Numbered from the stretch's first letter, positions 1 to 15,507 are shown. The stretch is DNA of 64,000 bases from Octopus vulgaris (GCA_951406725.2 OX597817.1:163370001-163434000); one strand, 5' to 3'. Program-made: numbers and translations. The notes: generated by a model not told the origin, from the letters alone.

Positions 1-1029
1 GAATGTTTTTCTTTACGTCAATGATACTGGAATTTACATCAGTGCGTGCTCCAATACGTCAGGAAACTACTAGTATAAGAGATGAGAAACAGATGGGACC
101 CACAAGTTAAGATTTATCTTGGCGGTTCTCATGACAGATAAGATCAAATACTCCGTTAATATCAAGCAACAACCTTACATTCAAAGGGAGAAGAGAGAGG
201 TTACTTATGATATCGAAGAGTAAGACATGGATATATCTGGCTCTAGAAAAACCGTAATGGTGATTAGTGGGGAGTGAATGAAACTCTATATAATGAATGA
301 GATGATTAGCATTTTCTAGATGCTTGAGGTGAGAATTATATTTTGGCATTTTGCAAGGCCAGAAACGTTGTTCGTTTTGGGAAAAGGACACTCTGCATTT
401 TCCATTGATTATGATAAAATGTACGGGGAGATAGACTAAAGAGCTTAATAAAGGTATGAACTAACTGCAGACTGTATTGCTTGAGGGACCGGTTCCTTTG
501 TTGGACTGAAATGATAAAAGTTGTTGTCAACCCCAATCCAGCAGACGTATGATAAAGAGGCGGGATCTTAGCTAGGACATCATTTTTATTTTGCGTATTA
601 GAGACTAGATTGTTTATTTTTATCCTTTTTCATTATGTTAGAATGTAATTAGAGAGAGAGATTTAGCTGGTATTTTTGGCAGGTTGAGCGGCCACATTGA
701 GACTTCCTTGTTGGTTGGAAGTTTTCTCAAATAATATCTGTGTTTAATGGTTTAGTGGTGGTTGAGAACTTAGAAGGAGTTTTTATTGGATGTATGCAGT
801 GTGGAGTCGGAAGTAAGTTAGTTTGCAAATATTATACATTTATCAGCGAAGACACAATTAATCGAACTGACTTATTTGAAAATGGGGAGGTGGCAGACAC
901 CTACTTAGCATAAGGTCACAAAGCTTGAACTGTAATTTAGAATGAAAGTGAACTTGTAGAACGTATGATACACGAAGGCAGTAATTGATGTTAATTGTCA
1001 TCCTACAGGCTTTGTGGTGATAAGTTGTG

Positions 1030-1447
1030 ACCCCCTTCGGTCATGAATAACCATGGGATTGCACCTAGAAAGTTACTCTCCGAGGCACAAGTCTAGGCAA
1101 GGTTGTTTATGGAAGACCAGTAGTCGACCACGCATATTATGGAAGACCAGTAGTCGACCACGCCACTGATGTTATCCAAGGGAATGGCAAAGGCCGATAC
1201 AGCGTGACACAGACTGTGACAAGGCTGGCCCTTTGAAATACAGGTACAACAGAAATAGGAAGATAGAGTGAGAGAAAGTTGTGGTGAAAGAGTACAGCAT
1301 TGTTCACTACCACCCACTCCTGGGATCTCGTGGAGCTTTAGGTGTTTCCGCTTAATAAACACTCACAATGCCCGGTCTGGGAATCGAAACCGCGATCCTA
1401 TGACCGCGAGTCCGCTGCCTTAACCACTGGGCCATTACGCCTCAACG
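1030..1447 (-). mobile_element. tRNA-derived SINE
   Basis: tRNA-like head shared with 41347 and 46128; tail shared with 58703-59025; TSD gtggtgataagt; internal 30-bp tandem duplication at about 1107-1165. Confidence 0.8.
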
Positions 1448-1847
1448 TGGTGATAAGTAAACGCTTCTTAATTCGTGTTTGTGGGTCACTTTCTCTAAGT
1501 GCTGCATAGACTCTTCTCTTCTTTTATTCTTGTAGGATACCAGGGAGGATATGACTCGGGAGGTGGTTAGAATTGCGGTTTTGGGTTATATAAGATATAA
1601 CTCAGACATTCATGGGAAAATATTTAAGATGATATGGATGATAATAGTTTCCACCACCTTAAAGAAGCTGGATATTAAAAAAAAACAAGATTTAGTAGAA
1701 TTAATGCGATTACATTTTATTAGGGATGCATATTTTCACATTTAGTGGTATCAGTTCAAATTTATTGAAAGGAATATTTATGGGGACACGGCTAATAAAT
1801 TCAAGATTACTCTAAGATGTCGAAGACAAAAATATACTGAGTATATT

Positions 1848-2245
1848 GGTTTCAAATCTTGGTACAAGGCCAGCAATTTCGGGGGAGGAATAAGTCAATT
1901 ACAACGACCCCGGTCCTCTGGTGGTACATGTCTTATCGACGCCGAAAGGATGAAAGGCAAAGTCGACCTTGGCGGAATTTGAACTCAGACCATAGAGGCG
2001 GACGAAATACCTATTTCTTTACTACCCACAAGGAGCTAAACACAGAGGGGACAAACAAGGACAGACAAACAGATTAAGTCGATAATATCGACCCCAGTGC
2101 GTAACTGGTACTTATTTAATCGACCCCGAAAAGATGAAAGGCTAAGTCGACCTCGGCGGAATTTGAACTCAGAACGTAGTGGCAAACGAAATACCACTAA
2201 GCATGTTGCCCGGCATGCTAACGACTCTGCCAGTTTGCCGCCTTA
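1848..2245 (-). mobile_element. SINE family B dimer
   Basis: Head aaggcggcaaactggcaga; two central cores gcctttcatcctttcggggtcgat; junction at 2011. Confidence 0.85.
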
Positions 2246-3076
2246 TTCTGAGTAACAATATTGAAGTTTAGTAACTGGAGATGCGTCATAGTTTCATACA
2301 CAATGAACGGTTAAGATTAGATTAAAGCAGAGTCAAGAATATTTTTGTATACTTAAAATTTTTTTGTAAAGACTGCACTGAAATCCGACATCAATTTCCG
2401 CTGGAGAACTGTTTACATAACTATTTGTCATGAAGAGAAGCAGTGAGAGAATTTATAAATATTGGAGAAAATAGGAATGCATGAATAAAAATCGCTTGTT
2501 TTGCAACGATGGAGATGAAACCCCATATATATCAGGGGTCTCCTGTAGACAGTGTATATGCTTATGCAACAAACCAAAAGATATACAATTAAATTTGCAA
2601 ATATATTTCCAATTGTTACGTTCCATTGATTTCATCTCGATTTTAGCTCCAAAATAGAGTGCTTAAAGATCGGTTCGACATATACAGTTGCGATTCTTCT
2701 GAGAAGATATTTTAGATCTTGTAATATCTCCCTATTTCTCGCTGTATATCCAACAACGGTTTTTTATCGGAGATTTTAATGAAGGCTGGCTTTCAGAATT
2801 GAAATTGCCTAAAGTTTGTACAGTAACAATTTTTTGTCTTAATACATGGTTTTAATTTTTGGCATGAGGACAACAAATTTAGTATGCGTGGGTATGTGGA
2901 TTACATCACCCCCAGTGTTCAAATGTACTTTATTTTACCGTTACCGAAGGGATCAAAGGTAAAGTCGACCTCAGGGGAATCTGAACTCAGAACGCAAAGA
3001 GCCAGAAGAAATACCCATACAGTTAACAATTCTCCCTGCTCACCACCTTTTTTATATTTTAACTATTCATCTCATA

Positions 3077-3323
3077 CGCCCTTTTTAAAGCCTAGCCAGA
3101 CTCATGGGCCCGGTTTCCCGGTTTCTGTGGCGTATGTGTTCCCCAGCTGGACGGGACGCCAGTCCATCGCAGCATTACTCATTTTTGCCAGTTGACTGGA
3201 CTGGAGCAACGTGAAATGAAGTGTTTTGCTCAAGAACACAACGTGTCGCCCCGTCCAGGAATCGAAACCAGAATCTTACGATCATGATGTTGACATACTA
3301 ACCACTAAGCCACGCGCCTCCAC
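3077..3323 (-). mobile_element. tRNA-derived SINE family C
   Basis: Head gtggaggcgcgtggcttagtggttag; body gcgatggactggcgtcccgtccag; TSD ttttaactatt; further copies at 31697 and 37315. Confidence 0.85.
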
Positions 3324-3828
3324 GTTTTAACTATTACAAGTATCAAATCACAACAGATCAAAGTTTATCAATATCTTTGCAATATCTTTTCTATATGAAG
3401 TCCAACCATATTTGATGTGTCTCGTCATTTAATATTCTCATTAGTATTCTTTAAACAAATAATGTATCCTTTATTAAATAAGATCATGGCACTGAATGTT
3501 AGACGAGTAATTTCGTTTCTAAATTATTCTATCTTTGGCTCAGAGAAACTGTTGACATTTTCTTACGAGCACTTCAGAAAACTTTCAGATCTACGAGCAA
3601 CCTTTGTCTTTTCAACTTGCCACGACATTCAATTTACGAGTATGGAGAGTTTTTCTTTAAGCATTTTAGGTGCTTCGCTTGTATATAAATGGAGTACAAT
3701 AATTTCTTACGCTTCAGATCCAGGTGGTCTGAGGTTCACTACATTGTGTGGTACCTTGGGCAAGTAATTTTTATAGCCACAATCCAATCAGTGTCTTGCG
3801 ATTGAATTTGGTAAACGGAAGCCTGCTC

Positions 3829-3958
<130 letters not shown>

Positions 3959-4083
3959 ATGTATAAAGGTGTGCGTGTGTCTTTGTGTTTGTACTAATAC
4001 CGTTTGATAACCGATGATGGTTTGCATGGTTTTCTTAGGTCTCCGTAACTTAGTTGTTCAACAAAAGAGATATCGATAGAATA

Positions 4084-4502
4084 GCGAGCTGGCAGAAACG
4101 TTAGCACGCCGGACAAAATGCTTAGCGGTATTTCGTCTGCCGCTACGTTCTGAGTTCAAATTCCGCCGAGGTCGACTTTACCTTTCGTCCTTTCGGGGAC
4201 GATAAATTAAGTACCAGCTAAGCACTGGGGTCGATGTAATCGACTTAATCCCTTTGTCTGTCCTTGTTTGTCCCCTCTGTGTACAGCCCCTTGTGGGTAG
4301 TAAAGAAATAAGAAACGTTAGCACGCCGGTCGAAATGCTTAGCAGTATTTCGTCTGCCGCTACGTTCTGAGTTCAAATTCCTCCGAAGTCGACTTTGTCT
4401 TTCATCCTTTCGGGGTCGATAAATTAAGTACCAGTTACGCACTGGGGTGAATGTAATCGACTTAATCCCTTTGTCTGTCCTTGTTTGTACTATCTATGTT
4501 TA
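4084..4502 (+). mobile_element. SINE family B dimer
   Basis: Two units joined at 4310 (aaagaaata|agaaacgttag). Confidence 0.85.
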
Positions 4503-4961
4503 GAGCCGGAAATCGAACTAACGACCTTACGATCTTGAGCCGAATATCTTAGCCACTAAACCACGCGCCTTTAGCTCGACCAGAAAATTGCCTATAGCCA
4601 ACTCCTATTTGCTTGGATTTCATCTCCCTTCCTTCAATGTTAAATTTTAGACATCTGGTCCAGTCTGAGCTGTAATTGTCTGTATATATGATACGCTTTT
4701 TTGACATATTCTTATCGACTATACAATACGTAATGGATACATGTATTATTTTATATTTTGAATTTTATTTGCTTCAGTCATTGGACAGCAGCCATACTAG
4801 GGCACTACCTTGAAGGGTTTAGTTAAAAAGATTAACCCCAGTGCTTATTTTTAAGTCTGGTACTTATTCTATCGATTTTTGCGGAACCGCTAAGTTACAG
4901 TGAGGTAATCAAACCAACAGCCGATGTCAAGCGTCGGTGTCGACACAATGGAACAAGCAGT

Positions 4962-5021
<60 letters not shown>

Positions 5022-5027
<6 letters not shown>

Positions 5028-5488
5028 TATATGAAAGAATGGAGTTGAACGACTAGTTAACAAATATCCTTTATTCTCGACATATGTTTCGAAGGCTGCA
5101 TACTTTTAGCTGACCGCTCTCAAGGAGCCCATGGGCTCCTTGAGAGCGGTCAGCTAAAAGTTTTTTGTGCATTTTGATGTCGACATAAGTTCCTTGATTT
5201 TCCTGATGAGAAATCTACATAATGTACTCCTTATTCCTTCGGAATTAGGAATATGCAGCCTTCGAAACATATGTCGAGAATAAAGGATATTTGTTAACTA
5301 GTCGTTCAACTCCATTCATTCATATACTTATAATTTTAAAATAAACATACAAATTTCCGCACGAAGACACGTAGTCTATGCCCTAGGGACGTAGCTTCAA
5401 CCGTGTTCTTTCTGATGTGAATTTGCTACCCAGGTATCGGTTATCTCTCGAATTATCCTTAATAAGATAATTCATTCAATTACTCAAA

Positions 5489-5492
<4 letters not shown>
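5022..5492 (+). mobile_element. Non-coding Penelope-type pLTR element with fold-back 5' end and hammerhead motif
   Basis: 81-bp inverted arms 5022-5102/5252-5332, perfect 60-bp palindrome 5102-5161, (TA)n flanks; 5410-5485 is homologous (reverse) to 19030-19112. Confidence 0.7.
5197..5281 (+). ncRNA. Minimal type-I hammerhead ribozyme motif with long stem II
   Basis: Stem I auuuuc/gagaau; CUGAUGA 5203-09; extended imperfect stem II; GAAA-C-AUAU-GUC, predicted cut after 5275. Confidence 0.7.
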
Positions 5493-5573
<81 letters not shown>

Positions 5574-6414
5574 GACGGGCTTCTTTCAGCTTTAGTCAAC
5601 CAAATCCACTCACAAGGCTTTGGTCTGCCTTGGACTATAGTAGAAGACAATTGCCTTCGGTGCCACGTGGTGGTACTGACCCCGGAACTATGTGGTTGGG
5701 AAGCAACCTTCTTATTCAGCAGTCACGTCTGCGCCTAGAAGCAAATAAACATTTTGATGAAACACTGGCTGAAGTTTAAGACAGTTTTCCCTTCTTCAAT
5801 ATTTAATGAATGCATCACAGCCATACGAAAACTATTAAATCCTGGGTTTTATCGGCTGCCAAGTCTTTCATACGCTTGAATGTATTCCTCTTAAATAAAC
5901 ACTATTTGATTTGTAATATTCTACAGCAACTGATATATCTTTACACGTTCAGGTGGTGGAACATTTTTCATAAATATAATGGTCGTTTGAGCAGAAATTA
6001 AGAAATTAAGACACATAATTTTCAGTACTCTATTTAATAGGTGCTATTATTATATATGTCATTACAAAAACATTGAAACATTTCCATTACTCCAAAATGT
6101 ATGTAACTACTTTCTTCACAATTTCGTGACGATCACAACACAAGAAAACTAAGTCTACTTATAACATTTGTGTGCATACAAATATTTTTCGGACTGAAAA
6201 ATAAAAAAGAAAACAACAATAAAAAATATAAATAAATAAATATAAAAATACAACAGTCCAATATACCAGGCAGAGACAGCATGTAAATGCAGGCGATTTC
6301 CTTATGGAAATTCCCATTAACATGAATTCGGCATATAAACTGTGTAGTAGTTTATAGGAAATACAGGAATTAAGAAGCCAACAATAACATCCATCCACCC
6401 ATCCATTCGTACAT

Positions 6415-6467
6415 ATGTACATACATACATACGTATATACATAAATACATCTTTAATTATGTATGTC

Positions 6468-6529
<62 letters not shown>

Positions 6530-6659
6530 TACATATATATATAAATATATATATGTGAGTGTATATATATATATATATGCATATATATGTACATATATTT
6601 ATGAGTATATATATATATATATGTATGTATGCACATATATGTACATATATGTACATATA

Positions 6660-6711
<52 letters not shown>

Positions 6712-6878
6712 CACATATATGTACATATATATATATATATATGGGTATGGACGTATTGTGGTATAACTCAAGGTAAAAATAGTGAGCTAGGTAAACCACA
6801 TTATTAACGAGCAAACAGGTAAGAAATAAGTACTGAGACTTTTTACTAATTCATTTGAACTAAATCTACGTAACAGTG

Positions 6879-6940
<62 letters not shown>

Positions 6941-7005
6941 ATATATATATATGTAGGTATATATATATATATGTATATATATATGTATATATATATATAT
7001 ATATA
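6415..7005. repeat. Two compound (TA)n microsatellites separated by about 140 bp of unique sequence
   Basis: Direct reading. Confidence 0.95.
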
Positions 7006-7700
7006 TTAGCTGTATTATTCTAATGAAGGTTATAACTACATAACTATACAAATTGCCAAGTTTTTCTACTCTACTTTTGTCGTTATCGTTATAGCAGACT
7101 ACTGTTATTGTTATGTATGCCATTGAGTCTGATGGCGGTTATGACGTGTACATTTATCGACACTACAGGTTAAGACGGAATGAAATTCTCCATTGAATGG
7201 AACCATCAGTAATAAAATTACCGCTGAAGAATAGATCTTCCATTTTATAATTTTGTTTTCCATATTTATTTTCGAAAATTGATTTGGCCCTACATTTATT
7301 TATTTATTTATTTTTTTAAACAAAATTACACTTAATCACTAAAAATGTTTCTGTATTTATTGTATAGAAAATACTCCACGCATACATATGTGCAGAGGTG
7401 ACTAGCGGTATGCCTATACCTAAACGTATACACTTTATGATTTTTCTGTTTGTAAGTAACTCGTGGAGATTCGATTGCATATGTTTCTGCATTTTCAAAA
7501 AATATAACTTTCAAGGCACCTAATGATATAGAGAACGTTTCTGTTTCATATCCCACTCACATTCTAGATATCATCATTTCTAAGTTTTATCTCCCTTGTA
7601 TTAACTGTCCACTAGAGGACACCATCTATATTTGGATAGTTCATCTATAATTTCGTTTAGAGATATATTGTAATCACTTGAAATTGATTTGCCAATTATT

Positions 7701-7756
<56 letters not shown>

Positions 7757-7840
7757 CGTTATTGCTATTATAATTATGGTACTTGTATTAATTATATTAA
7801 CCCGATGTCTCTCAGGAGTTTTCGTTGTGTGTGTAAGTGC

Positions 7841-7897
<57 letters not shown>

Positions 7898-10800
7898 TCT
7901 ATGCGTGTGTATGTGTGTGGGTATCTGAGTGTGTGGTTGTGTGTTATTGAAGCATATTTACAAAAGAAGGTGCATGTTCACTAGAAAAATTTTGTTTTGT
8001 TATTCTAGTCAAGAGCTCATTACACATTTCTTTTATTGTTTTTCAATAAAATGAACAAGAAAAGTTCGTCAGGAATCTTTTAATATTTTGGCTTACTCCT
8101 TCAGTATTTCTGTAAAGCCACAGAGTATTGAACATGAAAATTAATCAGACTAAACGTGTCACTGAATATCTTTTTGGTATACTACAATAACTAAAATAAT
8201 GATATTTGAATATATGCATAAAGCCACAAATCTTGGGGGCTGGAATATAGTGGATTAAATTGGCCTCAGCACTTGAATGGTATTTATTTTATCGCTGCCG
8301 GAAATATGAAAGGCAAAGTAAAGTTCGGGACCATTTGAACTTAGAAATGAAAAGGGTCGTAATTAAATACCTCAGATCATTTTATCCAACGATAAACTAA
8401 TTCATCGTCCATCCATCAACTTTAGTATTATTATATATATATATAATATAATTACAGAAACAGTGGTCATATTTTAAAGTGTTGCCTTCCATTAACTGTA
8501 ATCTGTCTGTTGGTTATGGCAAAAGTGATTTCTTTGGTGAACACGATTGAAAGGACTGAGGATAGACACTTTCCTCTTCCCCCAAGACATGAATGAATGT
8601 TTCAAGTTACATTTGAATACGAAGGTGTTGTCCTTCAGTAAATTTGTTGAAAAGTGGTTGAGAATGGCTAGCATGACTAAAGTGAAAGGACCTGTGCTCA
8701 GTATGTGCTTATGGGCCAAGACATATTTGAGTCAGAGCACTTATTCTTGACAATCAGCTTAATCCTAGATTTACAACTTTCGCTGATTTGCCCTTAGTGT
8801 TGGTCTTTCTCTTGGGGCTTGCCTCATACATGTGTATAATTCGTAGATTGTTACATGTTTTCATTTTATACGATTTCTGTATCAACCTCCACTCTCTTTA
8901 TATTAGTCCCGTAATATCCCCTCAATTGTAAACCTTGTGGCAATAACAAACAAAACATTATTGTTATCATTATTATTATTATTATTATTATCATTATTAT
9001 TATTGTTAGTTCGCTAGTATTCTCGAGAGATGCCTTGATGTGTTAATATTCATGAGCTAATGCTACAGGCCATGCATGGCCAGTGACACCATCATATTAT
9101 ATACTCTGACAAAATTAGGTCTTGCGACCGCCCACCTTTGAACGGCGTCAAGGGAAATATTTAAATATCGAAATCAAATATATTTGTATCAAATATAGAC
9201 TCCTTATCGATCAAGAACCATCTGCTATTCCTTAACGTTGCACAAATTCCACAGGAATCTTGACAGTTATGTGTGTTCAAGACTAGTGATTAATCGTAGA
9301 ACACGTGAACGGAGCAAATTTTATTTTGTCTCCTTGCTCCACCCTTCTTCATAAATATATACCAGTTGACCTTCTCCTCATTTGTGCATCTGTCTCTGTC
9401 CACAGGGTGTTTCAAGTTCATCCGCCGATTATCGAGTGAGATATTAGTTTTAGGTAACATGTCTATCGCTTAATGCCAGAATAAATGACATATATACACG
9501 AGACTACCATAAACATACATACAGAAAGAGAGGGAGAGAGAGTGAGTTTGGGAGGGAGAGATAAAGATAGAAAGAGAGAGAGAGAGAGGGAGGGAGAGAG
9601 AGAGAGAGAGTGCCGAATTCTCTTGGTTACATTTTAATGTACACTCCTTCCTTGGAAGTGAACGATAAATTAAAAATGAAAATTGACACGATTCGCACAC
9701 AGAATACAAAACTGTGATTTGCATACATGGATAATAATATACAACTGATAATGCATACATTGGTGATAATGAACGAAATACAAGTAAATCAGACGGTTGT
9801 AAGTCCGTTTACATTAACACCCACTCATAGATATACACTACGGAACAAAAATGTATTCATAAAAGTATGTTTGTCTTTGTCAATAATTATGTATTTAAGG
9901 GTGTCTTTTGGTTCATCTAACAATATACATAAACCAGGAAATGTATATCGCCAAGAAAAAAATATCTTATAATTTGACGTGTGACTGTTCCGTAAATATC
10001 TAATAATTTTAAGTGTTTTTTATTATATGTTTTTTTTTTCATTAAACAAACCAAAGTATGTGTATGGAAGAAAAGAATGGGGCGATTAAAGTTTTTTTTT
10101 AATATAAACTATTAAAGAATTTAGCATGTCTTCATTTAAGAAAATTATAAATGCTCTTTAGTTCTTTTTTTTTTATTGAATAAAACTTAATCGAAAAATC
10201 GCAGTTTTTAAAGATCTTGTATTGAATATAACTGCAGTGAAGATTGCGAATCAGAACGTATATGAATGTGTGTGTGTGAATCTGTGTGTCACTGTGTTTG
10301 ACAAAATCCATATGACATGTACATCGAGTGAATAATGCCAGCTGAATTGAGAAAAAAAAACAAACAAACAAAACAAAAGAAAAAACAAACAAATATAATG
10401 TCGGAAATCCTTAGTTTGAATAATAAAATTCTATTGAAAATAAAATATTTAAGTATGCTGGATTAAATATATTGAGCTGAATAGTGATAATTTTGTTTAG
10501 AAAACTGGAAACAATGTTTTGTTGATGGTGAAGAAGATAAAAGCGAACATTCGAAGCAACAAAAATTGATTTAACAACAGCAAAAAAGAATATAATTGGT
10601 ATTCAAATATATTAGAAATACAATGGTCGTATTAGAATTGAAACTGAATAGAAAATACTAAATATACGCTCAAGGAAACGCATCTTGATTAGCTGTTAGA
10701 TAATATGAAATACATAATCTGAAAATGAAACGCATGACTTATAAATTTACTGTGTAATAAAAACTTAAAACTGTACAATATGATTACAAGTTATCATTGG

Positions 10801-13014
10801 TTAAATATCACTTGAGTTTAAACAAGTAATTACCAAATTACAATGTTTTAGCAACAGTACAACGTCAAACCCTTACAGAGGAGAGGTGTAGGTAATCGAA
10901 TCGATCTAGTGTACGATTGGTGTATAATCTATTAATCTTGGTGGGATGAAAGCCCAAACCAGCCTCAGCAGGGTTTAAACTGAAAACATAGAGGCCCGGA
11001 ATTAAATGTTGAAAGTCATTTACTCCGGTTCCTCTGTATTTTTCCTTTGTAAATCCCACCTCCCAACTAACCGCAGTGTTCAAATATTGAAGATAAAAAT
11101 ACACGTCACTGAATTCTCTATTTCTATAGACACCATGTCAAAAATACAACAGACAAATACCTGAAAATCGAAACAAGTATATTCATTGAAGATTTGTTTT
11201 GACAGCAAAAGAAATTAATTATTCATTGCAGTAACAGAGGTAACAATGTAACAATACATACACATACACATATATACATACATGCATACATATACACATA
11301 TATATAATTCTCATGTGTGTGTATGTACGTATACATATATCTATGTACACATATGCATATATAAGGCATTTTATTACCATCTCATTGCGGGCGTTTCGTT
11401 GTATCACTACGTAGACACTCAACACCACGTGCCTCTGTCCTTTCGATTGATTGGAATAGGTACCAGAAAGGTGCCTTCACTAAAAAACATCTTGTAGATG
11501 CTTTATCTACAGCGATTTAAATAAATAATTTTGATGCAAAGTTCTAATACACCAACTAACACATAGACACATATATCTATATCGGCAAATACATTGACAT
11601 CTATTTGTGTGTCACCAAGCTCATATGTAAGTATATAAGCTGACACGTTGTATACTCAGAGGTATATGATTGCAGAGTCTAACCAAAAACTGTTTTACAC
11701 AGAAATATTAAATGGCGCCAATTGAAACACGTTAGTAGTCTGAATCAGTGGATTCGTAGACAATCTTTTTCATCATTGTGAAATTCTAAATTTCTCAATT
11801 GCTCTAACGAAATTCATTATCGATATTTAATTATTACTTCCAGTTCATTTAATATCGTTAATATATATAAAGACTGGTTTGAGATTAACCTGACATTACA
11901 CCCCAGACAGACACATTCAGAGGAACACTGGATTTAAAATATAATTTCTTTCAAGCTTCTTTTTGAAATCCAAAGAAACGAATCAGGGATCATTTATATA
12001 TTTGTAAGTTTGATATTATTCGAGGTAAATAATTATCATGTACCTTTGTTTTATAAATAATAGTTGAAATCAAAAAATTATTTGCCATACTTCATTCTTC
12101 GTATGCAATCTATGCAAAATGATTAAAATAAAATTCGTTCTATAAAGAAATACAAGAAAAAACATTGAACAGAAACTAAAAGCAAATGGTCTATAAGAGA
12201 GAGAATCAAATATGCTGGTGTATAAATATATGCATAGAACTACAAAACTACAGTCCTACAAATACTTGAATTAGCGTGACAGGAAGATACAGAATACAAA
12301 CTTTACGTTTCATACATCCAAACATATAGAGACATATAAACATAGACACACAGTATTTTTGTTTGTGTACATTGCTATACTTGGGGTAATTTTCTGTTTG
12401 TTAAATAGTTTTCACAACTCCGATGTAAACATATACCTTCATAATGTATATGAAAGGAAAAGTTTGACTCTGTTTGCATACCTTTTTATGGAAGTATATT
12501 TTCACCCAGAAAATATATTCCTTCATAGCACATATGACCGTGTCTTACATCTAACCATACTATTTTGCTCAATATTGGCAAGAAAATCAGGAAAGATATT
12601 TTTTTACGTATAGTCTTGAAAGAGCAAAGAATAGTTTTGAACAGTAAAGCATGGTCAGAAGTGAGACTTATACATGGTAGCTTTCTTCTTTATATTTAAT
12701 TCCCTTGTCCTTTTTATTGTAAAATTGTGCGTTCAGTAAAAACAGAGTTTAGTGGTGTTTCATCATATAAGCGTAATCATTATAACCATCATTCTAATCC
12801 CCGTTTCCCTTCCCGCCCATCTTTTCTTCCTCCTCCTTCTCATCATCATTATCATAATCGCCTATGTATATTATTTTACCAATAAGTAAATAAATATGTA
12901 TATTTTCTTACAAAAATCCTATTATAAGACACACACATACACAAATAAAAAATTTCGGTCGAAATCATTAAACTCTACCATGCCCTCAAGTTGTCTTTCT
13001 TCCAATTGTTACTT

Positions 13015-13082
<68 letters not shown>

Positions 13083-14258
13083 CGTGAGAATTTTAACCTG
13101 TTGCATTGCGAGAAATGAGAAAATACGTAAATATTTCTCAAATAAAAAATTTAAAGCGTGATCGATATTTAATTCCTGTTTTAAGAGCTCCTTTCTAGTC
13201 TGTCAGTCATCGATTATTGATAACTTATAATAAAAGTAGATCTAAAAGAAAATGTATGTGTTTTTTTAAAGTTTTTAAAGTTTGTATTTTGAAAAATTTG
13301 ATCTCTGGTCGCCATCGTTGCCATACTTATGTTCTTATTTCACAGTGGTTCAGGAATTGCCAAAAGAAAAACGGAAATCTCTAAAGACTGTTAAACCCAT
13401 AAAGTTAGGAATGGCATAACATGTACAGTATGGAAGCGAAAAATCATATGTTGCTAAAGCAACACACAGGTTAAGGTTAACGTTCTGGTTAAGTATTGCA
13501 CCACGTAAAATGTGGTAAAACTATTGAAGTAACAGGACTTTCGAATTGGAAGATGTGGTCATGAGAGTATAAATGGTTTAAATATTAATTAGCATAGTGG
13601 CTAAAGAAAGACAGGAACATAGACGGAAATAAATATTATACAAGCCTCATCATATTATACAAATAATCCAACATAGAGAACAGCTATGAACGGTATTCAT
13701 TTTACGTAATACGTCTTAAATCCAATAATACAACTCAGAGTACATATTCTACACAGTCTCCTCACAAAGCTGTTACATAAATTACACTCAGTATATTCTA
13801 TAGTATAGAATTTATACAACCACTTCCAAATACTATAATACAACTTATACAATACCTTATACAATTCCTAATACTAGAACACAACTTACTATATATATTA
13901 TTCGCAATTACCTCTCAGCACTAGAATACAAAATGCACATCATATACACTATACAATCACCGAAAAATACTGCAATACAGCTTACATACTATATATATAC
14001 AATACATAATCACTTTCAAATAATATGACAATTTTTCAACAAGCAAGACAAGCATTAAATCAAGACATGACACGAGAAAACAAATACCTAAACAAAAAAT
14101 AAAATAAAAATAAAAAAAACAGCATAATATTAGATTCAACAAAAACACAATCCCACTCCCTCAAGTCACAGTTGTGCACATCTCAAGAACACGTATGTGC
14201 AATGGTGGTGCAGTGTATGTTTCGCATGAAAAATACTATACTGACAAAAAAAAAAAAA

Positions 14259-14269
14259 TAATAATAATA

Positions 14270-14312
<43 letters not shown>

Positions 14313-14467
14313 TAACAATAATAGTAATAATAATAATAACAGTAATAATAATAATAATAATATGTATATATATATGTATATATGTATATATATATGTATA
14401 TATGTATGTATATATGTATATATATATATGCATATATATTCATATATATATATATGCATATATATTC

Positions 14468-14506
<39 letters not shown>

Positions 14507-14600
14507 TATATATTCATATATATATATATATATGCATATATATTCATATATATATATATATATGCATATATATTCATATATATATATATATATATATATA

Positions 14601-14680
<80 letters not shown>

Positions 14681-14687
14681 AATAGTA

Positions 14688-14769
<82 letters not shown>

Positions 14770-14810
14770 TATCATTGTTATTATTAATATTATTATTATT
14801 ATTATAATAT
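14259..14810. repeat. Compound (AAT)n/(TA)n microsatellite
   Basis: Direct reading; recurring tatgcatatatattca unit. Confidence 0.95.
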
Positions 14811-15182
14811 CATGCAGATAAATTAAAATGAAAAATGAAACAAACAACGGGATTCATCTAAGAATATTTATGCATTCATTGTTAAGGGGGGAAAAATGAA
14901 CATACTAGAAAGTAAAGAAATATAAATAAATCCATGGAAATAATGTCTAACATCAAAGTATTACAATGTGGTGATTAAATAAATATATTCACCAGCAATT
15001 CTCAAATTGCAAGTCTGGCAAAGTGATATTCTTGTTTTTGGTCATTTTGTTTTGTTTTTGAGAAATCAAATATAATGTCATTATAAAATATCAAATCATC
15101 GACGTCGTTCTTATTTTATGATTTCAACAATTACTGCTTTCATTATTTATATAAATCATCAACAAACACACACACTCACACT

Positions 15183-15215
<33 letters not shown>

Positions 15216-15294
15216 GCATAAAGGCATGTACACATGCAGGCATCCTGGCAGACACACAGAGGCATACATAGCTGAGCACACTGACACATGTACA

Positions 15295-15330
<36 letters not shown>

Positions 15331-15506
15331 CTCAAACATACTCGCACTCTCCGTTACTCAAAATATATGTGTGAAAATATATATATAACCGCAACTGTGT
15401 TCGTGTGCATTTAGAAGGGACAGAGAGAAGGTGGGTAAGGCAGGTCAGAAAAACAACAAATAAAGTAACAGAAAAAGAACAATATTCACAGGGGGCATAT
15501 TTTACC

Positions 15507-15507
<1 letters not shown>

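Larger units (their letters stand above)
1..2850 (-). mobile_element. Possible highly decayed APE-type LINE interrupted by SINEs
   Basis: Weak ordered motifs on - strand: IHCLQET (about 2545), PKPQF*PPPESYPP (about 1560), CVFADK (about 845). Confidence 0.3.
4763..5736 (-). mobile_element. SINE family A copy split by the 5022-5492 element inside its internal (TA)n
   Basis: Head at 5573-5736 and tail at 4763-4945 match the intact copy at 18124-18529. Confidence 0.7.

Noticed and set aside
9700-14200. Extended USP 3' UTR or another gene
   Set aside because: AT-rich unique sequence with no recognisable coding motif; UTR extent cannot be set without transcripts.
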